NCBI GenBank assembly: GCA_047600785.1
Contig: JASGKH010000002.1
Span: 1,302,650-1,326,649, forward strand
Length of the DNA stretch: 24,000 nt
Direction of reading: 5' to 3'
DNA from: Breznakibacter sp.
GTDB lineage: Bacteria > Bacteroidota > Bacteroidia > Bacteroidales > Marinilabiliaceae
A program made the position numbers and the translations under genes. The notes under the pieces were generated by a model. The model saw only the letters and a list, made by a program, of their open reading frames with translations. It ran no database searches and was not told the DNA's origin. Positions within the stretch are counted from its first letter, which is position 1; every line of letters starts with the position of its first letter. Positions 15,572 through 24,000 of the stretch are shown piece after piece.

Positions 15572-16885
15572 TTATTCGTTCCAGTTGTTTTGCCTCAGTT
15601 TCAACGAGGCTTTCATCACAAAGGCCAGGGCAATCACCAGCCCAACGTTTCCAGCAAGAAATGCATAATCGTTCAGTTGGAGAAGCACGAACATAAACCC
15701 ATACATAACGAGAAGTAGGGCAACCACCCATCCGGTCAGTGTTTTATCCTTTAACAGCCCATGTGCAAATATGCCTATCATGGCCATGTTCACGACCGAG
15801 GCGACCCCATATGCCCAATTGAAGCCAATGTGTTCGCTTAATGCCGTGAGCACAGAAAAAAACAGGACCAACGCCAGCCCCACCAGCAAATACTGGAAAA
15901 GGTGGACTTTCTTGTTCTTAGTAAGTTCGATAAATACGAACACCAAGAGAGTAAGCGAAATGAAAAGAATACCATATTTTGCCGATCGTAATGATTTCTG
16001 ATAATGGTTAACGGGAAGAAATAATTCCACACCAAGCGAATGTTCCCACACATCAAATTGCTTGTTGGTCCAGTATTGGGGAAAATTCCGGTTCAAATGG
16101 GTCAGGTTCCAGCTGGCATCGAAGCCCTCACTGCCAACGGTTCGTTCTTGCGGGAGCAACGAACCTATAAAATTGGGATCTTTCCATGGCGAATTTAACC
16201 GGATGTGGCTGTTTTGGCCCAACGGAAGCACTGAAAAGCTTTTGGAGCCACTTAAATCAAATTGGACGGAAAAAGGAATCTCGGTCGAAAAACCGTTACT
16301 TGGCAATGGTGTTTTGGCACTAAAACCCGATTTGACGATTTCTTTCGATACCGTACCGGCTTGGCAAGAAAGCAATTGTCCGTTCCAGTTTAATTTTACG
16401 TCGCCACGTATGCCGCGGTTATCCGAAATACCGATCGTCACATACGCCTTATTCCATTGTATTTGCCCGTCAATTTCTTCAGGGGCAAAAGGCATCACAA
16501 ACATCCCATCCAAACGCACCGATGAATTATAAACAGCTGTTTTATAGATACCTTTGTAACGGATTTCAGGTTTGATCTGCGATTGCACATCCAGCACGTT
16601 GGGCATCACGTACAACCAATCTCGCTCAATGTAGGAATTGCCATCCTTATCGGTCTTGGTCCGTTCGACCGGGATGTTCAGGATTGGCCCCACAACGGTT
16701 TGCGCATCGCCCCATTGACCGGCGACGAGATTTTCAACCTCACGTGCCGTTTCTTCACGTTCCCGGATAATATTATTGATCATTCCCAAAGGGATGAGCA
16801 ACAGAAGGGCCATAATGGCAACCACGGCCATTTTAAACGTAAGGCTGCTAGCCCAATTGGTTTTGTTCGATTGATAAGCTTCCAT
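15572..16885 (-). CDS. creD: CreD-family cell envelope integrity inner-membrane protein
   Basis: 437-aa ORF with an N-terminal TM helix, a large extracytoplasmic segment and a cluster of C-terminal TM helices containing LSEHIGF. Recognised as the CreD family by overall pattern. Confidence 0.8.
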   Translation of the reverse strand: MEAYQSNKTNWASSLTFKMAVVAIMALLLLIPLGMINNIIREREETAREVENLVAGQWGDAQTVVGPILNIPVERTKTDKDGNSYIERDWLYVMPNVLDVQSQIKPEIRYKGIYKTAVYNSSVRLDGMFVMPFAPEEIDGQIQWNKAYVTIGISDNRGIRGDVKLNWNGQLLSCQAGTVSKEIVKSGFSAKTPLPSNGFSTEIPFSVQFDLSGSKSFSVLPLGQNSHIRLNSPWKDPNFIGSLLPQERTVGSEGFDASWNLTHLNRNFPQYWTNKQFDVWEHSLGVELFLPVNHYQKSLRSAKYGILFISLTLLVFVFIELTKNKKVHLFQYLLVGLALVLFFSVLTALSEHIGFNWAYGVASVVNMAMIGIFAHGLLKDKTLTGWVVALLLVMYGFMFVLLQLNDYAFLAGNVGLVIALAFVMKASLKLRQNNWNE

Positions 16886-16947
16886 GATAATGTTTTTTTA
16901 AAGTACTTTGAATTACAAAGTTTTTAGATAAAAAAATATAAGCAGGT

Positions 16948-17283
16948 CTATTGTTCGCTATTTCTGATAAGTATTTCCAGCGCGTTGATATGTTCGGCAA
17001 ACCTGGCACGCCCTTCCTGGGTAATCTGATAAGTGGTATTTGGCTTACGTCCTACAAATTGCTTTTGCACCGATACCAAACCGGCTTTTTCCAAGGCTTT
17101 AAGGTGGCTGGCCAAATTGCCATCCGTTACGCCCAATAGTTCTTTCAATGCATTGAATTCCACACTATCGTTCACCATGAGCGCACTCATGATGCCTAAC
17201 CGCACACGGTTGTCGAAATATTTGTTCAAACCTTGGATAATGGTTCTCATGATAGTCGTTGTCTTAAATTCGGAAAAAGACAA
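16948..17283 (-). CDS. Small winged-helix transcriptional regulator (ArsR/HTH_34-like)
   Basis: NRVRLGIMSAL...FNALKELLGVTDGNLASHLKALEKAGLVSVQKQFVGRKPNTTYQITQEGR is a typical wHTH with wing. ATG 17283 lies 5 nt after the upstream stop. The alternative start ATG 17250 (MRTIIQG) gives a 100-aa protein. Confidence 0.8.
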   Translation of the reverse strand: MSFSEFKTTTIMRTIIQGLNKYFDNRVRLGIMSALMVNDSVEFNALKELLGVTDGNLASHLKALEKAGLVSVQKQFVGRKPNTTYQITQEGRARFAEHINALEILIRNSEQ

Positions 17284-17288
17284 TGTGT

Positions 17289-17927
17289 TTACCGCCTGTC
17301 GTACTTAAAGTACATCACTGTGCCATAAATAATATGTACCATGCCAAAACCTATTGTCCAAATAAACAACCCGTAATCGAGCAAAACAGCCCCTAACAGC
17401 CCCAATACCACTTGAGCGTATGCCAACGATCGGATGTCGTGTTTCGAATATTTGGCTGCATTAAGCAATGCTAGGCCGTAAAATATCAACATGGATGAGG
17501 CCAATAATTTTCCGTAGCCCTGTAACAATAAGATGATACAAAATAGCCCTCCGGTCACCAAAACCGATGAAAGACTGCCCACCAGCTTTTTTGCCGATGG
17601 CGTCCAAAACTTTTGCCCTTTATGCTTTCCTTGCCGATAGGTGATATACCATGCCGAAACCAGGGCTCCTGTTAGTACAAACAAGGCATCAAGGATCATA
17701 TACAACCTGAAGTGGTTAAACCATCCACCTTGTACGACACGTAAAAATTCATCGTAACGTATGGTACCTTGTTCCAAAATGAGAAAATAAGCAACAGCCG
17801 AACCCAAGAGCGCAAAACAACCAACTGCAATACCCGACAACCCACTTAATGAAAGGAATTTGGATGATTCTTCCATCATTTGCCGGATGTGCTTTAAATC
17901 GTCGACAGGAGAAGTTTGGTTTTTCAT
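17289..17927 (-). CDS. Integral membrane protein of unknown function (about 6 TM segments), first gene of the wHTH-creD operon
   Basis: About six hydrophobic stretches of TM length. The start is set at ATG 17927 (MKNQTSPVDDLKHIRQMMEES...). The ORF-track extension to 18011 is Cys/Trp/Phe-rich and overlaps the palindromic putative operator. Confidence 0.65.
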   Translation of the reverse strand: MKNQTSPVDDLKHIRQMMEESSKFLSLSGLSGIAVGCFALLGSAVAYFLILEQGTIRYDEFLRVVQGGWFNHFRLYMILDALFVLTGALVSAWYITYRQGKHKGQKFWTPSAKKLVGSLSSVLVTGGLFCIILLLQGYGKLLASSMLIFYGLALLNAAKYSKHDIRSLAYAQVVLGLLGAVLLDYGLFIWTIGFGMVHIIYGTVMYFKYDRR

Positions 17928-17937
17928 ATCAAAAAGA

Positions 17938-17960
17938 ACTTTGTATTGCAAAGTAATACA
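17938..17960. promoter_or_regulatory. Two interdigitated palindromes (ACTTTG-N5-CAAAGT and TGTATT-N7-AATACA) just upstream of the operon start
   Basis: Read directly: 17938..17954 and 17942..17960, which is 11-33 nt upstream of ATG 17927. Candidate operator for the operon-encoded wHTH regulator. Confidence 0.3.
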
Positions 17961-18144
17961 TTCCGCACAACTTCTCCAAAATTTTACAGAAAAAAAATGG
18001 AACCGGTCCATTTAAGCCCGATCCCATCTGATAATTTATCCGATACCTAGTCCTTATGGCCGTTTATGAAATGTACATTCCATCCACACCCGTGCGGAAA
18101 AACACTTCAAAAACCGCAAAAATCAAACCGTCAATTTCCAGAAA

Positions 18145-18963
18145 CTAAACCTTTAGGTTTCCTTCAAATATCGTGACAGCTTTGCCCGATATCTCTATCC
18201 TTCCGTCATCAATTATTTTCACATGCATCAATCCGCCACGGGACGAAGCCTGGTAAGCCACCATGTCGGTTTTATGCAGATGCCCGGCCCAATAAGGGGC
18301 CAGCACACATTGGGCCGATCCGGTCACAGGATCTTCATCAATGCCCAACGCGGGAACAAAGCATCTTAGAATGTAGTCACAGTCCTCGTTCTTAGAGCCT
18401 TTGGCTGTAATGATCAAATGGCCAAAGTCACTATGTTTCATATGCTGAAGATGGGGGTGTGCTCTTTTCACATCTACCACATCGGCGTAATGGGCCATGA
18501 ACCAACCGTGTTCGGTCTTGTAAAGGTGCGTGGGTTCGTTAAGTCCTGTAATGTCGCAAAATTCTTTTTTGGTATCCACGGATTGGGTTTTATACGTCGG
18601 AAACTGCATGTGAATGCCATTTTTGCCATAGTGGATAGCCAATTGGTGCTTTGTACTTTTAAACACGATTGGTTCATCCGCCCCTGCGATCTTATTCTCG
18701 TAAAGCACATGGGCCGAGGCAAGAGTGGCATGGCCGCACAACGGTATTTCAGAATAAGGGGTAAAGAACCGAATGTGGAATTCCCCGTTATTGTCGGACA
18801 GAAATGCTGTTTCGGACAAATTCATTTCAGCGGCCATTTTCTGCATGAAACCGACGTCGCTTAGGTCATCCAGAACAACCACTCCCGCAGGATTCCCTTT
18901 AAAAGGCAACGTCGTAAAAGCATCCACCTGGTATACCCGTTTTAACAGTTGCAGCAGTTTCAT
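18145..18963 (-). CDS. PhzF-family (phenazine biosynthesis-like) isomerase/epimerase
   Basis: 272-aa ORF with YQVDAFTTLPFKGNPAGVV, SETAF and CGHATLA blocks typical of the PhzF/YddE family. Confidence 0.85.
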   Translation of the reverse strand: MKLLQLLKRVYQVDAFTTLPFKGNPAGVVVLDDLSDVGFMQKMAAEMNLSETAFLSDNNGEFHIRFFTPYSEIPLCGHATLASAHVLYENKIAGADEPIVFKSTKHQLAIHYGKNGIHMQFPTYKTQSVDTKKEFCDITGLNEPTHLYKTEHGWFMAHYADVVDVKRAHPHLQHMKHSDFGHLIITAKGSKNEDCDYILRCFVPALGIDEDPVTGSAQCVLAPYWAGHLHKTDMVAYQASSRGGLMHVKIIDDGRIEISGKAVTIFEGNLKV

Positions 18964-19077
18964 TGTGTGTCAGTTTTTTTGGTTGAAGCCGTACAAGTTA
19001 ATCAAATCCGAACAAATTCCCTAATAAAGACACCTTATGTTGTTTGGAGGTGGACGAAATATATGGAATGGCCAGTG

Positions 19078-19085
19078 TATATTTG
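19078..19085 (+). promoter_or_regulatory. Candidate -7 box TATATTTG for the GNAT gene
   Basis: Exact TAnnTTTG match 59 nt upstream of ATG 19144. Confidence 0.35.
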
Positions 19086-19143
19086 CACCCATGTACGCTT
19101 TTCCTGTAATAAATATCCCTATTTTCGACGTGTGATAGTTTGC

Positions 19144-19722
19144 ATGATGTTACATTTGGATGAAATTACCGTTCGCCCCATCGAACCTGGCGATGCCGAA
19201 AGTTATTTTGAGATCTTTAGCCATCCCGATGTGGCCAGATATGATGATTTTACGCCGATCACGCGTGAAGAACTGGTTACCGACATGGCCAGGATCGAAA
19301 AATACACCCCGCAAAGTTCATTTCTGGAATTGGCCGTATCCATTTTGCCTTCTAATAAAATGGTAGGTATTATTACCATCGATAAAAAAAGAAAATATAC
19401 CTACTTGGGATATCATTTTAATCCGGCCTATCATGGAAAAGGATTGGCTATTCGATCGGTACGGATGTTTGTGCAGAGTTTGTCGGACATTGAGGCCTAC
19501 AAACTTCGTGTGGTCACGCATCCCGATAACAAAGCATCCATCTTGTTGGCGTTGAAACTGGGGTTCTCATTTTTGAAAAACCGTACCCGCAAAGGGATAC
19601 TCGAATCGGTATACCGATTCGATAAACGAAAGTGGAATGAACTTAGCGCAATGACACCATCAGCCCACCGCTCGCATACCGCGGCATGGCGGGATAGTAA
19701 TACCTTGGCAAACTACCACTGA
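19144..19722 (+). CDS. GNAT-family N-acetyltransferase (RimJ/RimL-like)
   Basis: MMLHLDEITVRPIEPGDAESYFEIF..., acetyl-CoA motif YHGKGLAIRSV, then ...LKLGFSF. The ORF-track start at 18949 would overlap the divergent phzF start and adds non-protein-like sequence. The last 27 codons overlap the convergent receptor gene. Confidence 0.8.
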   Translation: MMLHLDEITVRPIEPGDAESYFEIFSHPDVARYDDFTPITREELVTDMARIEKYTPQSSFLELAVSILPSNKMVGIITIDKKRKYTYLGYHFNPAYHGKGLAIRSVRMFVQSLSDIEAYKLRVVTHPDNKASILLALKLGFSFLKNRTRKGILESVYRFDKRKWNELSAMTPSAHRSHTAAWRDSNTLANYH

Positions 19723-21774
19723 ACGAAGGGGCATTCACAAGGATCATTGATGCATATTTCTGATCGAAGATGTTTTGCACACCAAGATGGAGCGTAATAC
19801 TCATCCGTTTTAATCCAACTTGCTTGCACACTTTGGTGTTGGCCGTTATCCATTGGTTCGCATGTACGGAATTGGCGTCATTGAACCACTGTTTGCCCCA
19901 TCCGGAAACATCAACAACTAATTTCCAACTGTTCCCCATATTGGCATTTAGCCCTATGTACGCCGTAAATCCGGGAATTCCGGGTAAATGGTTGCCTGTG
20001 TAGTCTGCATCATCATCCACAAATCGTTTGAATTTATTGATTGAGGACCAAAAGCTCCAAACCATTTTAAGCTGGCCACGGTAAAGCATCGGAAAAATAT
20101 AGTTTCCGTTTGTTTCTATACCCCAATGGTCTGTTTTTCCTGCGTTGATGCCGTAAAAAGTGGCCTCATCCAGACGTTTTGTTACCAATAGGTTACGGAG
20201 CCAAATCCGATACGATGTAATTTCCATCCAAAACCGTTGGTCTAACGTACCGAAGCGTACACCCATTTCGGCCGTCCAACCAGTCTCCGGATTAAGGCGT
20301 GGATTGGGAGTCCCGTCAGCCATCAGCGCCTCTTCGGCAGTGGGGTGCGAAAAACCCTGCCCTGCCGATGCATACAGATTCCACTGCTTTGCCGGATGGT
20401 AATCAATGCCTGCCCTTGGCGATATAATGGGTTGATAAGCAATATGGCCATTGGTATTTGCCTCGTCGTCAAATTCGTCCTTAAAACGATAACTAGCCAT
20501 ATTTAAGTTGACGCCCAGCGAAGCATGTAACTTACCCATAGGAGATAAAAGCAGCCACGCCGCAAGGTTTGTTTGGTACCGCCATTGGCTGAGCTGGTTG
20601 ATTCGTGTTCCTTTTTGGGCCGACAGGGTTTCGAAATATATGGCATAGTATTTATCCGAATAATGCTCGGCCGATATGTTAATAGTTCCATTCGGCCCGA
20701 GCCAGCTTAATTGATCTTTGGCACCGATCTGAAAGCTTTCGTCGTCAAGTACATTGAACGGCCGATGTTCGTAACCGTTGCGTACACTGCCATAGATAGT
20801 GACAGTATTCTTTAGTTTGGGATTAATGGCGAGGTTATTGGACACCCCACCCAACAAACTTTGTTTTTTTTCAAAGCCTTTTGCCGACAACCAGTTTGGG
20901 GCCGCTTGCGCCGGATCTTGTTTATATTGTTCAAGGTTCAGAGAGCTGGGTATCCCGGCCTGCATGGCATTGGCAACAACAATGGCTGTAATGGCCGATT
21001 TATCTGTATTATGTTGCCATATGCCGGTAATATTCTGCTGGTCCAGATGATTATTGGCACGGTAGCCATCCCAGTCTGTATGGTTAAAAGCCAAAGAAAA
21101 TTGATGGTTTTGGTTATGCATGCTTGCAGTTGCGCCAAGTTTGTGCAACCCAAAATCCCCCCAAAGGCTTCGTACGGAAACAGACTGCCCTGTTTGGGAT
21201 GGCAGCTCGGGAACCAGCACAATTGCACCTCCCAACCCCGCACCATAAATGGCAGAAGAAGGCCCTTTCACCACCTCTATGCGGCCAATGGCTGAAACAT
21301 CAATATCTTCGAACGAAGTGGAACCATCAGCCGCAGACAAGGGAATCGGGCCAAAATAGGCTTTTATCCGATTCGATCCGTAAGGCGTACGGCTTCCGAT
21401 ACCACGGATGATGAACCTTTGTGTGTTGGCGGTTCCGCTTTGGTACGATATGCCGGACACTTGGTTTGCCAATACGGCAAGTGAGGTGGGGAGTGACGAC
21501 AACAATTCTCCCGCATCCAGCAAAACGCCGAACCTGTGGCTCCCAACAGACGATGGCCTGATCGCAAAGCCGGGATGAGCACGTCGGGCAATGTGGGCCC
21601 CACAATAATCGACGAATCCTTTAGTGTATCCCCAACGAAATAGAAATATGCCGGATGGTTTTTTAATGCGGACGCGGTGGCGAGGCTTACCGTAAAAACG
21701 ATCAGGCTTGTAAACACTTTGCAAAATAGACAGTTGCAGATACTCATTAATGTCAGATGAAATTTCCACCACAT
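19643..21774 (-). CDS. TonB-dependent outer-membrane receptor, probably frame-shifted between signal peptide and plug
   Basis: The plug and barrel are in the frame of ORF 19643..21859 (LANQVSGISYQSGTANTQRFIIRGIGSRTPYGSNRIKAYFGPIPLSAADGSTSFEDIDVSAIGRIEVVKGPSSAIYG...). That frame has no signal peptide. A plausible one (MSICNCLFCKVFTSLIVFTVSLATASA, ATG 21747 or 21774) lies in the frame of ORF 21364..21774. Confidence 0.8.
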
Positions 21775-21855
21775 TGCAAAAGCCCAATGAATATCTTTTC
21801 AATGTGGAAAAGAAAAATAACCAATCCACACGCAGGAGGATTGGTTCTATATACG

Positions 21856-23250
21856 TCATCTCAGTGGCACAAGCTTTATTACCACACCGGGCTGCTCAAT
21901 GGCCACATAAATATACCCGTCGGGGCCCATTGTTACATGCCGTACGCGGCCCGCATTTTCAATTAGTTTTTCACTCTCCGTCAATTTTGTTCCCTCGATA
22001 CGGTCACGTTCCAGATATCTAAAACTCAATGAGCCACTCATAACATCGCCTTGCCATTCGGGGTATTTGTCGCCCGTCACAAAAGCCAAACTACTTGGCG
22101 CAATCGATGGCGTCCATTGATGGATCGGTTGTTCCATACCTGATTTTGATGTGTAGGGCGTGATTTGTGTCCCATTGTAATTGATACCATATGTAATCTC
22201 GGGCCACCCGTAATTTTTTCCTCTTTGGATAATGTTTATTTCATCCCCTCCTTTAGGACCGTGCTCATTGGCCCAAATCTCTCGTGTGACTGGATGTATG
22301 GCAATACCTTGCGGATTACGATGGCCATATGTAAAGATTGAAGGAATGGCCTTCCTGTCGCCCACGAAGGGATTGTCCTCGGGAATGCGTCCGTCATCGA
22401 ATAAGCGGTGCACTTTGCCGCTATAACTATCTAACGACTGAGCATCGGATTGATTGCCCCGATCACCCACCGTGACGTACAGGTATCCTTTATCATCGAA
22501 AACCATACGGGCGCCAAAGTGATACCCCCTGTCGGAATCAGGCTCAGCTTTAAAAATCATTTGATGGTCTATCAATTTATCATTTTTCAGCCTGACACGC
22601 ATAACGGCCGTATTCCCCATATTCCCCGACTCCGATGGTTGGGCGTACGCAAGGTATATCCAACCGTTTTTGTCATATTGGGGATGGAGGATTATGTCAG
22701 ATAGCCCACCTTGCCCGCGATTGAATACTGCAGGTACGTTTTCCACAATGCCAGCCAGTTTACCGTTACGGAACCGGAAAAGTTGGCCGCTCCGTTCAGT
22801 TACCAGCATGTCGCCATCCGGCAGGAATGCAATCCCCCAAGGCACATCCAGGCCTGTGGCCACGGTATCTACCCTAAAATTGAGACGTTGGCTTTTCACT
22901 GCTTCGGGAAACGATGCGTTGGTATTCTCCTTAGGGCGTTTTTTAATGCCGGTAAGCATGTATTCCGACAATTCTTTTATCTCTTGTCCGGTAAACGTAT
23001 TGGTAAACGAAGGCATCCCAACCATCGGCAATCCTTCTTTAATGGCATATGACAAGTAGTCGGTACCGACGCCTGCATAAGTTTTTCCAGCAAAACGTTC
23101 CATGTTCATTCCGTGGCATCCGGAACAATAGCGTTCAAAGTTTTCGCGGGCCGAAACTTGCTTTTTTTGCTGGCTGACTTGTGAAAGCCAAATGAAACCT
23201 ATAGCCAGCATTGCGGCCACGGGCAATAGAAAAAACATGTACTTCTTCAT
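21856..23250 (-). CDS. PQQ-dependent sugar (glucose/sorbosone-type) dehydrogenase fused to an N-terminal c-type cytochrome domain
   Basis: Signal/anchor MKKYMFFLLPVAAMLAIGFIWL. Haem motif CSGCH (23113..23127) with a downstream MVGMP Met-ligand candidate. Then soluble quinoprotein blocks PWGIAFLPDGDMLVTERSGQL, YGHRNPQGIA and GKNYGWP. Confidence 0.85.
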   Translation of the reverse strand: MKKYMFFLLPVAAMLAIGFIWLSQVSQQKKQVSARENFERYCSGCHGMNMERFAGKTYAGVGTDYLSYAIKEGLPMVGMPSFTNTFTGQEIKELSEYMLTGIKKRPKENTNASFPEAVKSQRLNFRVDTVATGLDVPWGIAFLPDGDMLVTERSGQLFRFRNGKLAGIVENVPAVFNRGQGGLSDIILHPQYDKNGWIYLAYAQPSESGNMGNTAVMRVRLKNDKLIDHQMIFKAEPDSDRGYHFGARMVFDDKGYLYVTVGDRGNQSDAQSLDSYSGKVHRLFDDGRIPEDNPFVGDRKAIPSIFTYGHRNPQGIAIHPVTREIWANEHGPKGGDEINIIQRGKNYGWPEITYGINYNGTQITPYTSKSGMEQPIHQWTPSIAPSSLAFVTGDKYPEWQGDVMSGSLSFRYLERDRIEGTKLTESEKLIENAGRVRHVTMGPDGYIYVAIEQPGVVIKLVPLR

Positions 23251-23341
23251 GGTGTGATGGGATAGGTATATCTGATACTTATATGATTATCTTTCAGATA
23301 AAAACAAAAAAGAAGATCAAAGGTTTGCCCATTCTGCCAAC

Positions 23342-23371
23342 AAAAAAGGCAACCGAATGGTTGCCTTTTTT
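23342..23371 (-). terminator. Rho-independent terminator after yebC (symmetric)
   Basis: AAAAAAGGCAACC-gaat-GGTTGCCTTTTTT, 19 nt after the yebC stop. A/T runs on both sides. Confidence 0.8.
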
Positions 23372-23389
23372 GTTATAATTATCTTATTA

Positions 23390-24000
23390 TCAATCAATTT
23401 TCATATTATGGTACACATTGGTAACGTCATCGTCTTCCTCAAACCTTTCGAGTAGCTTTTCTATTTTTTCAATCTGTTCGGCATTAAGTTCTTTGGTATC
23501 GCCAGGTATACGCTCAAATTCAGCGTTCACGATCTCAAATCCATTCTCTTCGAGGTATTTCTGGAGTGGGCCAAACGATTCGAAACCACCGTAAATAACC
23601 ACCTCTCCCTCTTCGGCAAACACTTCCTGAACACCAAAATCGATCAGTTCCAGTTCAAGTTCCTCAAGGTCGATGCCGTTTTTCATTTTGGTTTTGAACA
23701 TGCATTTATGCTCAAACATATAATCTACACTGCCCGATGTTCCCAACGAACCGCCAAACTTGTTAAAATAACTACGCACGTTAGCCACGGTACGGGTCGG
23801 GTTATCGGTAGCGGTCTCTACCATAATGGCAATACCAAACGGACCATATCCTTCGTAAACCACTTCGGAGTAATTTTCAACGTCCTTCGATGTCGCTTTT
23901 TTAATGGCCCTTTCCACATTTTCCTTGGGCATGTTGGCCGCTTTGGCATTTTGCATCAGCACCCTAAGACGTGAGTTGGAATGCGGGTCGGGGCCGGCTT
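23390..24000 (-). CDS. yebC: YebC/PmpR-family transcriptional regulator (5' end beyond the window)
   Basis: The frame stays open to the window edge and reads ...AGPDPHSNSRLRVLMQNAKAANMPKENVERAIKKATS..., the conserved YebC middle region. The ORF-track Met at 23962 is internal. Confidence 0.88.
   Translation of the reverse strand, partial: AGPDPHSNSRLRVLMQNAKAANMPKENVERAIKKATSKDVENYSEVVYEGYGPFGIAIMVETATDNPTRTVANVRSYFNKFGGSLGTSGSVDYMFEHKCMFKTKMKNGIDLEELELELIDFGVQEVFAEEGEVVIYGGFESFGPLQKYLEENGFEIVNAEFERIPGDTKELNAEQIEKIEKLLERFEEDDDVTNVYHNMKID

Noticed and set aside
15179-15696. Plus-strand ORFs 15179..15454 and 15421..15696 (91 aa each).
   Set aside because: They are antisense to IS relic 2 and to the 3' end of creD. 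They are Arg/Cys/Asn-rich with no motifs, so they are shadow ORFs.
20799-21411. Several 80-144-aa ORFs lie on both strands inside the receptor gene.
   Set aside because: They are nested within a continuous TonB-dependent receptor reading frame and have no independent signals.
1-24000. I scanned for tRNA (GTTCGAATC-like T-arms), rRNA, CRISPR repeat arrays and tandem repeats.
   Set aside because: By eye I saw no T-arm/acceptor combinations, no regularly spaced direct repeats and no rRNA-like conserved blocks. A tRNAscan, cmscan or CRISPR-finder run would be needed to be definitive.

Overview
This looks like a Bacteroidota chromosomal segment. The evidence is a short 288-aa primary sigma factor without region 1.1, a Rho with a roughly 210-aa insertion, TAnnTTTG -7 boxes upstream of several genes, and almost no Shine-Dalgarno sequences. 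Most of the window is housekeeping, in this order: phoH, purC, nifJ/PFOR (-), an AAA+ ATPase of the DUF4143 type (-), rho (-), rpoD, rpe and a DEAD-box helicase (-). Next comes a roughly 2 kb low-GC islet (about 13.0-15.6 kb) bracketed by two decayed, same-orientation IS4-family transposase relics. It carries one secreted protein of unknown function and a candidate 42-aa membrane peptide. After that come a membrane-protein / winged-helix regulator / creD operon (-), a PhzF-family isomerase (-), a GNAT acetyltransferase, a TonB-dependent receptor (-) directly downstream of a cytochrome-c-fused PQQ sugar dehydrogenase (-), and a partial yebC (-). I found no rRNA, tRNA or CRISPR. Two genes, phoH and the TonB-dependent receptor, appear frame-disrupted near their N-termini. 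I did not find a convincing multi-gene defence system. The best candidates for undescribed biology are the IS-bracketed islet, the wHTH-creD module without creBC, and a possible PQQ-scavenging pair (receptor plus quinoprotein). All family calls come from motifs read by eye; no searches were run.
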